NCBI RefSeq assembly: GCF_018350175.1
Contig: NC_058368.1
Span: 93,932,001 to 93,996,000, forward strand
Length of the DNA: 64,000 bases
Direction: 5' to 3'
From: Felis catus
Taxonomy: Eukaryota
Part shown: positions 1 through 11,514 of the stretch, in pieces
Numbering within the stretch: the first letter of the stretch is position 1
Layout of the letters: every line of letters begins with the position of its first letter
Notes under the pieces: generated by a model
Database searches by the model: none
The model's input: the letters and a program-made list of their open reading frames with translations, nothing else
What the model was told of the DNA's origin: nothing
Translations under genes and position numbers: made by a program

Positions 1-239
1 AGTATGCCTATTCAGTAATGCCATCAGTGACACAGCCGTGATAACAGGTCACTTTGCGGTATAGAACTAAGCACCGCAAAGCTAGCTGAAGTCCCAAGTC
101 ACATAGTCACCTACACCTGACATACGTGCTAATAGCCAAAGAATTAAAGCACCCCAAATCTGGTCCTCAGGTTAGTATTCAGACAGGTGATGAATTTATT
201 TCACAGGAAATTGGCAAGCTCATCAGAAATGGCTGCTGT

Positions 240-438
240 GGGGCACCTGGGTGGCTCAGTCGGTTAAGTATCCGACTCTTGGTTTCAGCTCAGGTCATGA
301 TTGAGCCCTGTGTCTGGCTTGATGCTGACAGCACAGTGCCTGCTTGGGATTTCTCTCTCCCTCTCTCTCTGCCCCTCCCCAGCTTGCTCTCTCTCTCTCT
401 CTCTCTCTCAAAAAATAAATAAACATTAAAAAAATTTT
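240..438 (+). mobile_element. Can-SINE (SINEC_Fc-type), small internal deletion
   Basis: ggggcacctgggtggctcag head, (CT)n, aaataaataaa tail; TSD aatggctg(c/t)tgt. Confidence 0.95.
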
Positions 439-719
439 AATGGCTGTTGTGATGCCAGAGCCCCATCCAAAGAGGGTGTTACCAGTGAAAATTGAATTTA
501 TCCACGTATCACCAAACAAATGTCCCCAGCAGTTTCTCCACGGGCTCCTGAAAATGAATTGACCTTAAAGTAGCCAGGAGACAGGTCTGGCAGCACAACT
601 AATTTATCACCACTCATGCTGGCCAAAAACCTCTGCTGGGTTTGACGTTCAGAAGATGAATGGGAACAGACTATCCAAACAATTCAAGTGGTCTGAGATA
701 AAGCTCCATGACTTCACAC

Positions 720-1160
720 TCTTTTAGTTGACAAGGAGAAAAACCCAACTCCAGCTAGCTCAAGAAAAGAAAGGGAGGTGAGGAGGTTGTGATTTGTGCA
801 CCTGGAAAGTCCTAGGTTTTCAAGAAAGTCCAGAGGACTTCAGGTAAGGCTGAATCCAGGGGCTCAAGCAGTGCCATCAGGGCAATGCTCCTTTCTCTCC
901 TCCCCCAGGTCTGGTTGCCTGCAAAATTGGAGTCATGCCACAGACCAGAGCCCCTTTCAACAGCCCCAGTAAGTCTTAGGTCTGTCCCTGTTTGGCTCAA
1001 CTTGGAGCACTAGCCATTCCTTAGTCTCAGGCTATTTTGGCCACAGCTAGGGTTTATGCCCAGCCATAAACCTGGAGATGGGGCTGCCCACAGACATATG
1101 AACCAGGAATGAAAAGGGGTGGTTCCCCAACAGATTCTGGGCAAGGAAGAAAATATGTCC
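720..1160 (-). mobile_element. MaLR solo LTR, MLT1J/K-like, diverged
   Basis: aaaacccaactccagctagc ... cttcaggtaaggctgaatccaggggctcaagcagtgccatcagg, motifs typical of late MLT1 LTRs. Confidence 0.65.
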
Positions 1161-1469
1161 ATGATAATGTCCCATCATCCCTCCTTTGTGTCATATGTTG
1201 ATTAGAAACAGCAACCGTGTCACGCATCTTTCAGGCTCAAAGCAGCTACTGTAGGTTGTCCTCACTAGTTGGGTGCTCATCTCTGCTAGCTGATCCATTG
1301 ATTGACTAGCACAGATCAGTAAAAAAAAAAAAAAAAAAACAGGGGGCTTCTTTTGTGCAACGGCCACGCATGGCAGTCTGCAAAGACAGAGGACCTCACC
1401 GAAGTGCAGAACTTACTCCAGTTATTAATGAGTCTTTGTAGAACCTTGCCTATCTTAGGAAGCATTTTT

Positions 1470-1680
1470 TAAAAACTTTTTTGTCTATTTTTGAGAGAGA
1501 TAGATAGAGAGACAATAAGCAGGGGAGGGGCAGAGAAAGAGGAAGACACAGAATCTGAAGCAGGCTCCAGGCTCTGAGCTGTCAGCACAGAGCCCGACGT
1601 GGGGCTTGAACTCATAAACTGCGAGATCATGACCTTAGCCAGAGTCAGACGCTTAACCGACCAAGCCACCAAGGTGCCCC
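1470..1680 (-). mobile_element. Can-SINE
   Basis: reverse-complement SINE ending gtgcccc; TSD tcttaggaagcattttt / tcttagaaagcttttt. Confidence 0.95.
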
Positions 1681-2091
1681 TCTTAGAAAGCTTTTTAACT
1701 TCAAACAGGAAGCCCAAAGAGGGATAGGCTGGAAAATGTGGCTCCAATTAGATCTAGATACCCAGTAGTCCAGCACCATAGTTTTGAATGGTGAACTTGT
1801 GGCTGGTCCCGTATATAGGGGGGCATGGCTAGCTACTTACACAATATGTTGAGTTTCTCAAGCACTTGTAAGTCCCTCATTCCTCCCCAGCCAATCAACC
1901 AACCCCTGTGTCGTCAAGTGTTACAGAAAAAAAAACACTGCGATGGGTTCTAGTCACCACACTAAGATATGTGATTTCGAGAAAATCCGTTGGTGTCAAT
2001 GAGTATCAGCTGCTTTGTCTGTAAAGCTAGGAATTAGTTCTCATCCAGTTCTGGCATTCTACAATCCGTAACTTACTGAGGTCTGTAACAG

Positions 2092-2545
2092 AGCAGTGGC
2101 TCCCAACCTTGGCTTGCACGTTACAAATAGTTTTGAGAATTTTATTTTTTATTTTTGAGAGAGAGAGATAGAGAGAAGGGGGGCGCAAGTGACCAAGGGG
2201 CAGAGAGAGAGAAAGAGAATCCTACAAGGGAGAGAGGGAGAGAGAGCAGAGACAGAGAAAGAGAGGGAGAGAGAGAGAGAGAAGCGGGGCTCACCCGAAG
2301 TGGGACTTGAGCTCACCCAATGTGGGACTCAAACTCATGAACCAGGAGATCATGACCAGAGCCAAAGTCAGATGCTTAATGTCTGAGCCACCCAGGGCCC
2401 AGTTTTGAGAGCTTGAAAAATGACCTTGACACATGGGCTGCAACCCAGATCAATGAAATAAGAATTTCTGTGATAAGGCTCAGGCATCAATATATTTAAC
2501 TCTGTCCCTGTGATTCTGATTTTCAGCCGAGGGTGAGAACCATTA
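2092..2545. mobile_element. MER5-type hAT-Charlie MITE, split by a SINE
   Basis: cagtggctcccaaccttgg ... caggcatcaatatatt ... gtgattctgattttcagccgagggtgagaacca. Confidence 0.75.
2139..2400 (-). mobile_element. Can-SINE variant with repeated gctcaccc module and doubled (GA)n tract
   Basis: TSD agttttgaga (2129-2138 / 2401-2410); SINE head at right end. Confidence 0.9.
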
Positions 2546-3929
2546 TCCTATTTCATTTTTCAGTCTTCTAGAAGGGCAAGCTGAACAGGGTGAACAATGA
2601 GCCCTGGAAAAGCATACCTCCCAGGGACCCCATCAGTAGCCAGTGTGGCCCCGTAGCCAACGGCATCTGCCATGCGCAGTTCACTCACTGCATTAGAAAT
2701 CATTGTCTTCTATGGATGCTCCCAGTGCTATCTGGCAGTCCGCATATTCTAGGGCAAACTTCCGGAATTAGGGGATTACTGCTGTGGGTGCTGAATTCTT
2801 GCTGCAAATGGTTTAGATGCAACCTTTTCAGCCAAAGGACATTTTTCCCTATTGAGAGAAGAGAAAACTTCAAGTTACTCCACGCACTGCAGAATGAACT
2901 AGAAACAAGTGGCACCCAAGGGATAATTTAATCGTTTCCCTTCTCTTATGTAATAATGCATATTTTTGTTCAATTACATGAATCATCGGATTCGTCCTAA
3001 GATCAGAATGCATTGAAAAGCAGGAGGAAATATATCTATGGCAATTAGATGCTTTTTAAAAGAAAAAAGAAATCATAATCAGTTGAGCTTTCTATGGTTC
3101 AACAGCACTAACCAGCATTTATGTCACTTTCAATGATAGGTTGGTCTGTTTCATCGAACCTTTTTTTTCCTGGGGGAATGAAACGGCTATATAATTTCGT
3201 GATTCACCTCCATACCTCCTGCCACATAACCTCATGTTCCACGCGAGCCTGCCTCCTACGTGCAAGGGCTCGCCCTTCACCTTTAGTTGTTTGTTCCTTC
3301 TTGTCTCTGCTTTGTGAGCTCTGGTGCCCTTTCAAAGTAACAAGACAGAAATAACTTGGCTTGAAGTTTCAGGAAGTTAACTTGTCCCCCTGAAGCTCCA
3401 TTCATTTAAAGCCTTTGAAAAATGTATCTGACAGGATTAAAACACATGACATAAAGGAAGCCCACGAAAAGAGGAGCCCTCTTCATTCCTCTCTTTTCCT
3501 TTGAGGCTTAAAACAATCAAATATTGTAGTGGTCAAAGAAAAGCAAACATGTCCGTTAACCAAAGAGAGCATCATTAATTTTCTTCAGAGAGGCTCAGAC
3601 CCAGGCAATATATTTTCCAGGGTGTGGAGAGAGGTCCCCGGCTGTGAAAGGGGCGCTTAGGCCTATTTTATATGGCTTCAAACCCAGCGTTTCCTCACTT
3701 CAGGGTAGGATGTGCTTCTGTGGGAAGGCTCAAAACCGATCTCTTCTATAAAACCTTTCCTATAAGTGATTTCCCATATTAAGTTGGATTTTGCCTTCTC
3801 TTAATTAATCACACTGTCTGATAACACCAGATTCCATTCCCCATGGCAACCCAGTGATCATTATTTCTCTGAGGTCTTACAACCATTGCTTTCAGGTTCC
3901 CTGAACCCATCTGGGAGTTTTAAGGAGCC

Positions 3930-4592
3930 TGTATTTGTCAGGATTTTATAGGACAGATAGATATAGGTGGATATCTGATATATACACATATACATACACA
4001 GAGAGAGACTTTAAAGAACTGGCTCATGTAATTATAAGTACCATCAAGTCCAAAATTTGTAGGGCAGACCAACAGACTGGAATTCAGTGAGTTGAACTTG
4101 CAGTCTTGAGCCCAAAGTATGAAAACTCAGGTAGGCTTTCTATATTTCAGTCTGGAGGCAGAATTCCTTCGTTTTGAGGGAAATCTCAGTCTTTAATCTA
4201 AAGGCCTTCAACTGACTGAACAAGGCCCAGCTACATTATGGCATGCAATTGCTTTATTTAAAGTCTATTGATGGTACAAGCTAATTGCATTTTTTTAAAT
4301 GTTTGTTTATTTTTGAGAGAGGGAGAGAATGAGCAAAGGGAGGAGCAGAGGTGGGGGGTACAGAGGGTCTGAAGCGGGCTCTGAGCTGACAGCAGCAAGC
4401 CTGATGTGGGGGCTCGATCTTGAAAGATCATGAGATCTTGACCTGGGCTGAAGTCGGAAGCTTAACTGACTGAGCCACCCAGGTGCCCCACATCTTTTAA
4501 AAATGCCTCCAAAGCCACACCTAGACCATCGTTGGACCAAATAATTGGGCACCATCGCCTAGCCAAGTTGACATATGAAATTAACCATCATA
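3930..4592 (-). mobile_element. ERVL solo LTR, MLT2 (MLT2D-like), split by a SINE
   Basis: gaactggctcatg, aagtccaaaatttgtagggcag, ggaggcagaattccttc, aaggccttcaactgac; terminal ctagccaagttgacatatgaaattaaccatca. Confidence 0.85.
4290..4489 (-). mobile_element. Can-SINE inside MLT2 LTR
   Basis: reverse SINE consensus, ends gccacccaggtgcccc. Confidence 0.95.
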
Positions 4593-4940
4593 GAACTACA
4601 GGTGGTCGTTCTCAGGAAATACGTTAGCATCTCCTTTGCTTCCCCTTCCACTCTCTTCCTTCCTCAGCCAGGGGCTCTTTATGTAGTCACATGACCAAGC
4701 AGCCTCATATTCCTCCAAAATTATTGATGATATCCCGTGGCAGCACCCCATCACTGAAACTGTACGTACAGCAAGGCTGAGCTGCCTGAGTGGGGGAAAG
4801 GTCTGGGGTACAAGGGCATATAGGAAACTGCACCCTCAAGTAGTATTTCAAAGATCATCTGCCACCATTACATTTTGTGTTCATCAGTACTGTTTGAGCT
4901 GAACCGGCTCTTTTCCTCCCCAGTGATAGAAAGTTCCCTT

Positions 4941-5136
4941 GGGGCACCTGGGGGGCTCAGTCAGTTAAGTGTCTAACTCTTGGTTTTTGCTCCGGTCATG
5001 ATCTCATGATTCCACGGGTGTGAGCTCTACGCTTGACAGTGTGGAGCCTGCTTGGGATTCTCTGTCTCCCTCACTCTCTGCCCCTCCCCCATTCGTATCA
5101 TCTGTTCCTCTTTAAAAAAATAAACTCAAAAGAAAG
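4941..5136 (+). mobile_element. Can-SINE
   Basis: TSD gaaagttccctt (4929-4940 / 5137-5148). Confidence 0.95.
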
Positions 5137-5429
5137 GAAAGTTCCCTTTACTCTTGTTGTGAATTCTTCACCACCCACTTACCCTTAAACATTTGTGTAC
5201 CCTGAGTTCTGCTCTCCACCCGCACCTCAGTAAAGTTGGTCCTTGGAGATTTCTAGACGGCACATTATTTGTCAGATTCTGCTGGGACCGCCCTGTCATT
5301 GGCCTGCAGCTGCCTGTGGGGCTCTTCCTGCATGTTCTTCTTTTGTTCTTTGTGCGATCCTCTATTTGTAGGGGAATCATCTTTATCTGACATCCTAAGA
5401 ACAGTATTCTCCAAAAATTTCCTTTAGCC

Positions 5430-6285
5430 GTGTTCTCTTCTCTGCCACCAACTCCTTAACAATCTTCTCTACCTTCAAAATTCATGGCCTTGATAAAGAA
5501 GATTCCAACATGTGTATCTGTAGCTCCAGAGTCTCTTGCAAACTCTAGACTCATAACCTTTCCCCATATTCAGGACCTCTCGACCTAGCTGTCCCTCCGG
5601 CACCTAAATTTTATTATATCCAGAAGTCATTGTCTATCTCCTTGCCAAACAAACAAGACAAAACAAAACAAAACAAAACAGTGTGTATGTGTGTGTTCCT
5701 GGTACTGATCTCTCTACAAATGTGCCATTAATTTCCAAGTACTTGGGTTTCAACTTGAAGTTGAGTGGTATTTTCTGACCATTGTTATGCCCTGCCCCCC
5801 ACAGCCACTTCATTTCCAAACACTATTTATACCAACAAAACATGTCTCACAGTCTCTGAAACTGTGTCCTCCCTTTATGTTCTCATGGCCGCCATCTTGG
5901 TGAAGGTCTCCTTTTCACTCACCCCCTCCCTTGCAAGAGCCACCTCACTGCCGTCCCTCCACCAGCAACTGAGCCTCTCCATGTCCCTAAGCACACTTCG
6001 GTTTCTCGTTCTCCATGCTTTCGCTTGGGCTCTCTCCTTTGCAGCCCTCTTTCCAAAAGTTACCCTGGAATCCAGAGATTTTGTTCGCCATCTTGGCATT
6101 TTACCATATTGCCTTGAAGTATCTTGTGTACCTCTCGTTTTCTATTATGGCTTAATCTGTATTATGGCTCTACCCCTGTAGAGGTAAAGAGTTTACAATC
6201 TGGAAGGGAAAATAAGCTACATCCACCAGTATAAAGTGTTGCTCATAGAAGGCACTTCATTGATATTTGTGGAAGGAAGGAATAC
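5430..6285 (+). mobile_element. L2 LINE relic (fragmented 3' region)
   Basis: gattccaacatgtgtatctgtagctccagagtctc...ctctagactcata...ggcacctaaatt; 3' end gaaggcacttcattgatatttgtggaaggaaggaa. Confidence 0.65.
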
Positions 6286-6484
6286 GTGTTCACGTTGTAC
6301 CTCCTCCAGAATTTAAAGTAAAGGTGAGGACTTTGCCTTCTCCGCCTCTATTCCCTCTACTCTCTGAGCTCAGAGTGGTGTGGGACACAGAAATCTCAGT
6401 AAACCTCAGTCACTGGAGGATCTCATGGACTTAAAAAGACCTGGAATACATCCCTGCCTTAAGCCCAAAAGAATACCTTAACTA

Positions 6485-7075
6485 GTGATAGCAAACTGAT
6501 GGGCCACAGGCTGACTACAGGCCAGATTGCAATATACTGATTGCAAATATATTTTGATTATCCTCCTATGGTTTTAAATATTAAAAATATTTTTTTAACG
6601 TTTATTTATTTTTGAGAGACAGAGAGAGACAGGGCACGAGCAGGGGAGGAGCAGAGAGAGAGGGAGACACGGAATCCATGGCAGGCTCCAGGCTCTGAGC
6701 TGTGAGCACAGAGCCCAGTGGGGTCTCAAACTCATGACCCGTGAGATCATAACCTGAGCCAAAGTTGGACACTTAACCAACTAAGCCACCCACACACCCC
6801 AAGGTTTTACATATTTTTAAATTATTTCAGTAATTGTTTTAATAAATACATAATAAAGCCTTTAATAAATCAAAAGATTGCATATGGACACCTGGATATC
6901 TACCCTCTCTTGAAAAACAATGACATTTAGCAAGACTGGAACCATGTTCCCGCTGGACACCCATCGGCTGGAGCTGATTCGGTGCCTCCTTACCACGGGC
7001 TCAGACTCCACTTTGCCACAATTCCCTCTGACCCTCTTTAAAGTAAGAGCCTGGTCCCCATAGACTCAGCAACCC
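6485..7075 (-). mobile_element. MER102-like hAT-Charlie element, split by a SINE
   Basis: ctctcttgaaaaa...tagcaagactgg...catcggctggagctga...ctccactttgccaca. Confidence 0.7.
6590..6800 (-). mobile_element. Can-SINE
   Basis: reverse SINE consensus; TSD ggtttta(a/c)atatt. Confidence 0.95.
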
Positions 7076-8154
7076 CTCATCTAAGCCATTTGGGACCATA
7101 ATTTCCTTGTGTAGCCCACCCACTCGTCAGACTCTTCCTATGACAACATGTGAAACAGTATTCCAGACTTCACACTGACATCCCTCTCCAGGCTGACAAA
7201 TGCAGACCCTCTTCCCAGGGGATCTGTGGGGCCATTCCCTGTGCCAAGCACTGCCTGTGACCTCATTCCGTTTCCTTCTGCCTTTCTTCTCTGCTTCAAG
7301 CGGAAGCAAGCCAAGACCCTACACAAAACCTAGCTTTCAACCTCGTTCTCCTTAGAGAACAAATGAGACCGATGATTGCCAACCCATCTCTAGTGTGAGT
7401 ATCTTCCCAGAACAAACGCTTAGAGACACTTTTATGTGGCCTGGCGTCCTCTGGGATCACACGGAGAAATGAAGAGAAATGCCCAAGTTAAGAAAGGATT
7501 CAGCACCACTGTCCCAAGAGAGCTTTTAGATAAAACATGAACATTCCAGAAGCCTTTGGGGTATCTGGTTTATAAAACAGATATTTGGGGACCCCACGAA
7601 TCTTCCAGATGATTAATTTAATCTACCCCTTTCCATCCAGTTACCTAATTTCCTATAGACTTAGCTTCTTACAGCTGAGCAAGACAGTGTGGTCTGTATA
7701 TAGACTGAACTCCCTTGGCCCTTAGGCTTAGCAGAAATACTAATGATGGATTTGAAAAGGAAATTGCTGGGTGGGGCCCCAGCTCAGATGAGAAGTGAAA
7801 CAGGGCGTTTCTTCAAGTGGAAGTTTGTGTTCAGTTCATGTGTCATCAAATTCCTTAAGTTTTACTGTAAATCGGAGTCATTCCCCACGGCCAGTCTTTT
7901 CTGAGAGAAAATTAATATGTGTGTGTGTATTGATAATTCTATATATATTTGGTTCATAGAATTAATATTAATTTAAGAAAATTAATATTTAATGTATATG
8001 ATTACAATTTATAAATAATTTTATAAAAATTAATTGAGATCTATATTACAATTGCTTGTACATTGGTTAAGATTTGACTATGCTTTTCTTCTTCCAGAAC
8101 TTCTGAGAAACACAATACAGATGCATCAGGAGTATGGTTCCTAGGTCATTTTTG

Positions 8155-8312
8155 TTTGCTTGTTTTTTAAGTTTATTTATTTATTTGGGGGGGTGGGTAG
8201 GGGCAGAGAGAGAGAGGGAGAGAGAGAGAATCCCAAGTTGGGCTAGAACCTGAGCTGAAATCAAGAGTACGACACTTAAGCCCCTGAACTGACTGAGCCA
8301 CTCAGGCTCCCC
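8155..8312 (-). mobile_element. Can-SINE with large internal deletion
   Basis: gagagaatcccaag joined to gaacctgagctgaaatcaagag; TSD ctaggtcattttt / ctaggttgttttt. Confidence 0.85.
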
Positions 8313-8391
8313 CTAGGTTGTTTTTAATGCAAATAAGGGGCAAGATCCTGTTAGCTTTCCAGGTGCCTCAACTCTAAGGAAGCAGGGGCAA

Positions 8392-8530
8392 GAGTGCCTG
8401 GGTGGCTCAGTGAGTTAAGCATCCGACTCTTGGTCTCACCTCAGGTCTTGATCTCAGGCTCATGGGTTCAAGCCCTGCATTGGGCTCTGCACTGGGCATA
8501 AAGCCCCCTTTAAAAAAGAAGAAGAAGAAG
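8392..8530 (+). mobile_element. Short Can-SINE lacking the (CT)n tract
   Basis: tRNA-like head gcctgggtggctcag...ggttcaagccc followed directly by an A-rich tail. Confidence 0.85.
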
Positions 8531-9681
8531 CTGAGGCTTTTCTGGTGAACACTATCTCCTAAGCCTCCTTTGTGACTAGAAATGGACCTAATGCAGCTCT
8601 TGGATGAGTGTGTTAAGATGAGCAACATCGAGCCGTGCAGCTGAGCAGGTGTTGGAGGACCTAAGGGCTGATGATTCAACTCATCAGGGTCCCCAGCTCC
8701 TGCGTGCAGAAGGCAGCCCACACCCCGAGACCTTTCCCGTGACTGGGAGTCAGGGTCCTGGGCATGGGGTGTGGGCGGGCTCCAGTGGGCCTCGCAAAGT
8801 TCCTGCTCCTACGTGTGGTTACCAGAAGACTGTAATGACCATAATAAAAAATAACACGAGCATGCACAGTTCTGGGCCTCTGAGGTGCTGAGAGTACTTC
8901 TCAGCTGGGGCTCCTAGCGTCAGAGACAAATGAGCTAAGTGCTTACCTTAGGGGGGTTTCTCAGCACTCGGACCCCCGTCTCCCAAGGCGACCACTCCCC
9001 ACGCATTCACTATGTGCTTTCTGTTCTTCCTGGCTGGGAAGTCATAGCTCCGGCCATTACTCCCTCCCTGACCCTCTGACAGCCCAGGGGTCCCGAACTG
9101 GCAGCCAAGGAGCTGGATCCTGCCTGCAGGATGGCCCTGTTCACCCAGCGACGTATTTTGCTGGCTCTGAGCACCTGACTCTATGCCTCCTGGGCCCCCC
9201 TCCCGCCTCTCCCTCATGGGCTTGTTGGCTGCGGGCTCACCATCCTACCAAATGACTTTACTCTTGTTGATGGCATAGCATCTGGCTCTTCTCAGTCTTT
9301 CCCAACAGTGTGTACTTTGTTTCTTGCCTGCTGGAAACAGTGAGCTCCTTAAAAACATGGGCTTTGGGGATTTTCACACAGGGTGTTCTCAAGGGGAATT
9401 CTAACAGGACCATGGAGAAGATGGGTTGGGTGGGAAGAGAGGAAAACAGTGGTGAAGGACCAGTTAATTCATTTCCCTAATGTCCACCAAGACATGCAAA
9501 AGAGATTCCCGTCACCCAGTCCACAGGTAGGATCCTGAGGACCACAGACTGTGATGAAATCAACCACAGATTATTTATAGTAGAGCCTGGATCAGAGCCT
9601 AGATGCCCAACTCAGAAATATATATATTTCTTCTATCTGGATAAAGGGAGAAAACAAAGACAATTAAAACTCCCCTTTCTG

Positions 9682-10420
9682 GGAACCCTCTCGCACTGTT
9701 GGTGGGAATGCAAACTGGTGCAGCCACTCTGGAAAACACGATGGAGTTTCCTCAAAAAATTAACCTACCCTATGACCCAGCAATAGCACTACTAGGAATC
9801 TATCCAAAGGATACAGGAGTGCTCAGTCCAAGAGGCATATGTATCCCAATGTTTATAGCAGCGCTATCAACAACAGCAAATTCTGGAAAGAGCCCAAATG
9901 TCCATCAGCTGATGAATGATTAAAGAAGATGTTGTGTATATATATGCATATACACACAACGGAATACTACTTGGCAATGAAAAAGAATGAAATCTTGCCA
10001 TTTGCAGCAACGTGGATGGAACTGGAGGGTATTATGCTAAGTGAAATAAGTCAGATGGATATCATACATTTTCACTCATATGTGGAATGTGACAAAACTT
10101 AACAGAAGACCATGGGAGAAGGGAAAGGAAAAAAAACAGTTACAAACAGAGGGAGACATACTGTAAGAGACTCTTAAATATAGAGAAGAAACTGAGGGTT
10201 GATGGCAGGGAAGGTGGCAGAGGGGTGAGGAAAATGGGTAATGGGCATTGAGGAGGGCACTTGTTGGGATGGACACTGGGTGTTGTACGTAAGTGATGAG
10301 TCATAGGAATCTACTCCCACAGCCCAGAGCACATGGCATACACCGTATGTTAGCTAACTTGACAATAAATTATATTTTTAAAAAATAATAAAATTAAAAA
10401 TAAATAATAAACAAACAAAC
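9682..10420 (+). mobile_element. 5'-truncated felid L1 (ORF2 end, 3'UTR, A-tail)
   Basis: [17 protein letters not shown]2 motif; 13-bp TSD actcccctttctg (9669-9681 / 10421-10433) at a TT/AAAA site. Confidence 0.95.
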
Positions 10421-10543
10421 ACTCCCCTTTCTGTAGGGAGCCCAGAAATAAACCTATGCATATATGTTCAATTAATCTACAACAAAGGAAGTGAGAATAT
10501 ACAATGGGGAAAGGATAGTCTCTTCAATAGACAGTATTGGGAA

Positions 10544-10760
10544 GGGGTACCTGGGTGTCTCAGTCAGTCAGGCTTTCGACTTCGGCTCAGGTCGTGATCT
10601 CACGGCTCATGAGTTCAAGCCCCACATCGGGCTGTCTGTTGTCAGCACAGAGTCTGCTTCAGATCCTCTGTACCCCTCTCTGCTCCTCCCCTGCTCATTC
10701 TCTCTCTGTCTCTCAAAAATACATATTTTTTAAAAAGTTAAAAATAAATAAATAAAAACA
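10544..10760 (+). mobile_element. Can-SINE inside L1
   Basis: TSD aata(g/a)acagt(a/c)ttgggaa. Confidence 0.95.
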
Positions 10761-10912
10761 AATAAACAGTCTTGGGAAAACTGGATGGCAACATTCACAG
10801 GAATGAACCTGGACCACTTTCTTACACCACACACAAAAATAAACTCAAAATGGGTTAGAGACCTAAGTGTGAAACCTGAAACCATAAAACTACTAAAAGA
10901 AATCATAGGCAG

Positions 10913-10920
<8 letters not shown>

Positions 10921-10950
<30 letters not shown>

Positions 10951-11129
10951 ATTTATTTTTGAGAGAGAGTGTACAAGCCCCAGAGAGGCAGAAAGGGGGC
11001 GGACAGAGGATCTGAAGCAGGCTCCGCACTGACCGAATCGAGACCGATGCAGGGCTCGGACTCATGAACCGTGAGATCATGACCTGAGCTGAAGTCAGAT
11101 GCTCAACCGACTGAGCCCCTGGGCGCCCC
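10921..11129 (-). mobile_element. Can-SINE in the tail of the antisense L1 fragment
   Basis: reverse SINE ending gggcgcccc. Confidence 0.92.
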
Positions 11130-11514
11130 TCTTTCTTTTTTTGAGTACAGTTGACACACGATGTTACATTAGTCAGTGTACAATTTAGTGACCAGACAAG
11201 TTTCTGCCATCTGTCCCGTTACCTCGCCATTACAATACCATGGGCTGTATTCCTAATGCTCTGCTTCTTATACCCGTGAATTACTCATCTTACAACTGGA
11301 AGCCTGTATCTCCTGCTCCCCTTCACTTATTTTGCCCAGTCTCCCCTCCACCCCCCACTCCCCTCTGGGAACCATCAGTGTGTTCTCTGCATTTATAGGT
11401 CTGCTTCTGCTTTTTGTTTGTTCGTTCACTTCTTCAAGATTCCATTTATGAGTGGAATCATACAGTATTTGTCTTTCTCTGACTGACTTAGCGTAATCCC
11501 TCTAGTCTATCCAT
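11130..11514 (-). mobile_element. Carnivore L1 3'UTR fragment inserted antisense into the older L1
   Basis: tttgagtacagttgacacacgatgttacattag...actggaagcctgtatctcc; TSD ggcagtaatctct (10908-10920) / ggcagcagtctct (11515-11527). Confidence 0.9.
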
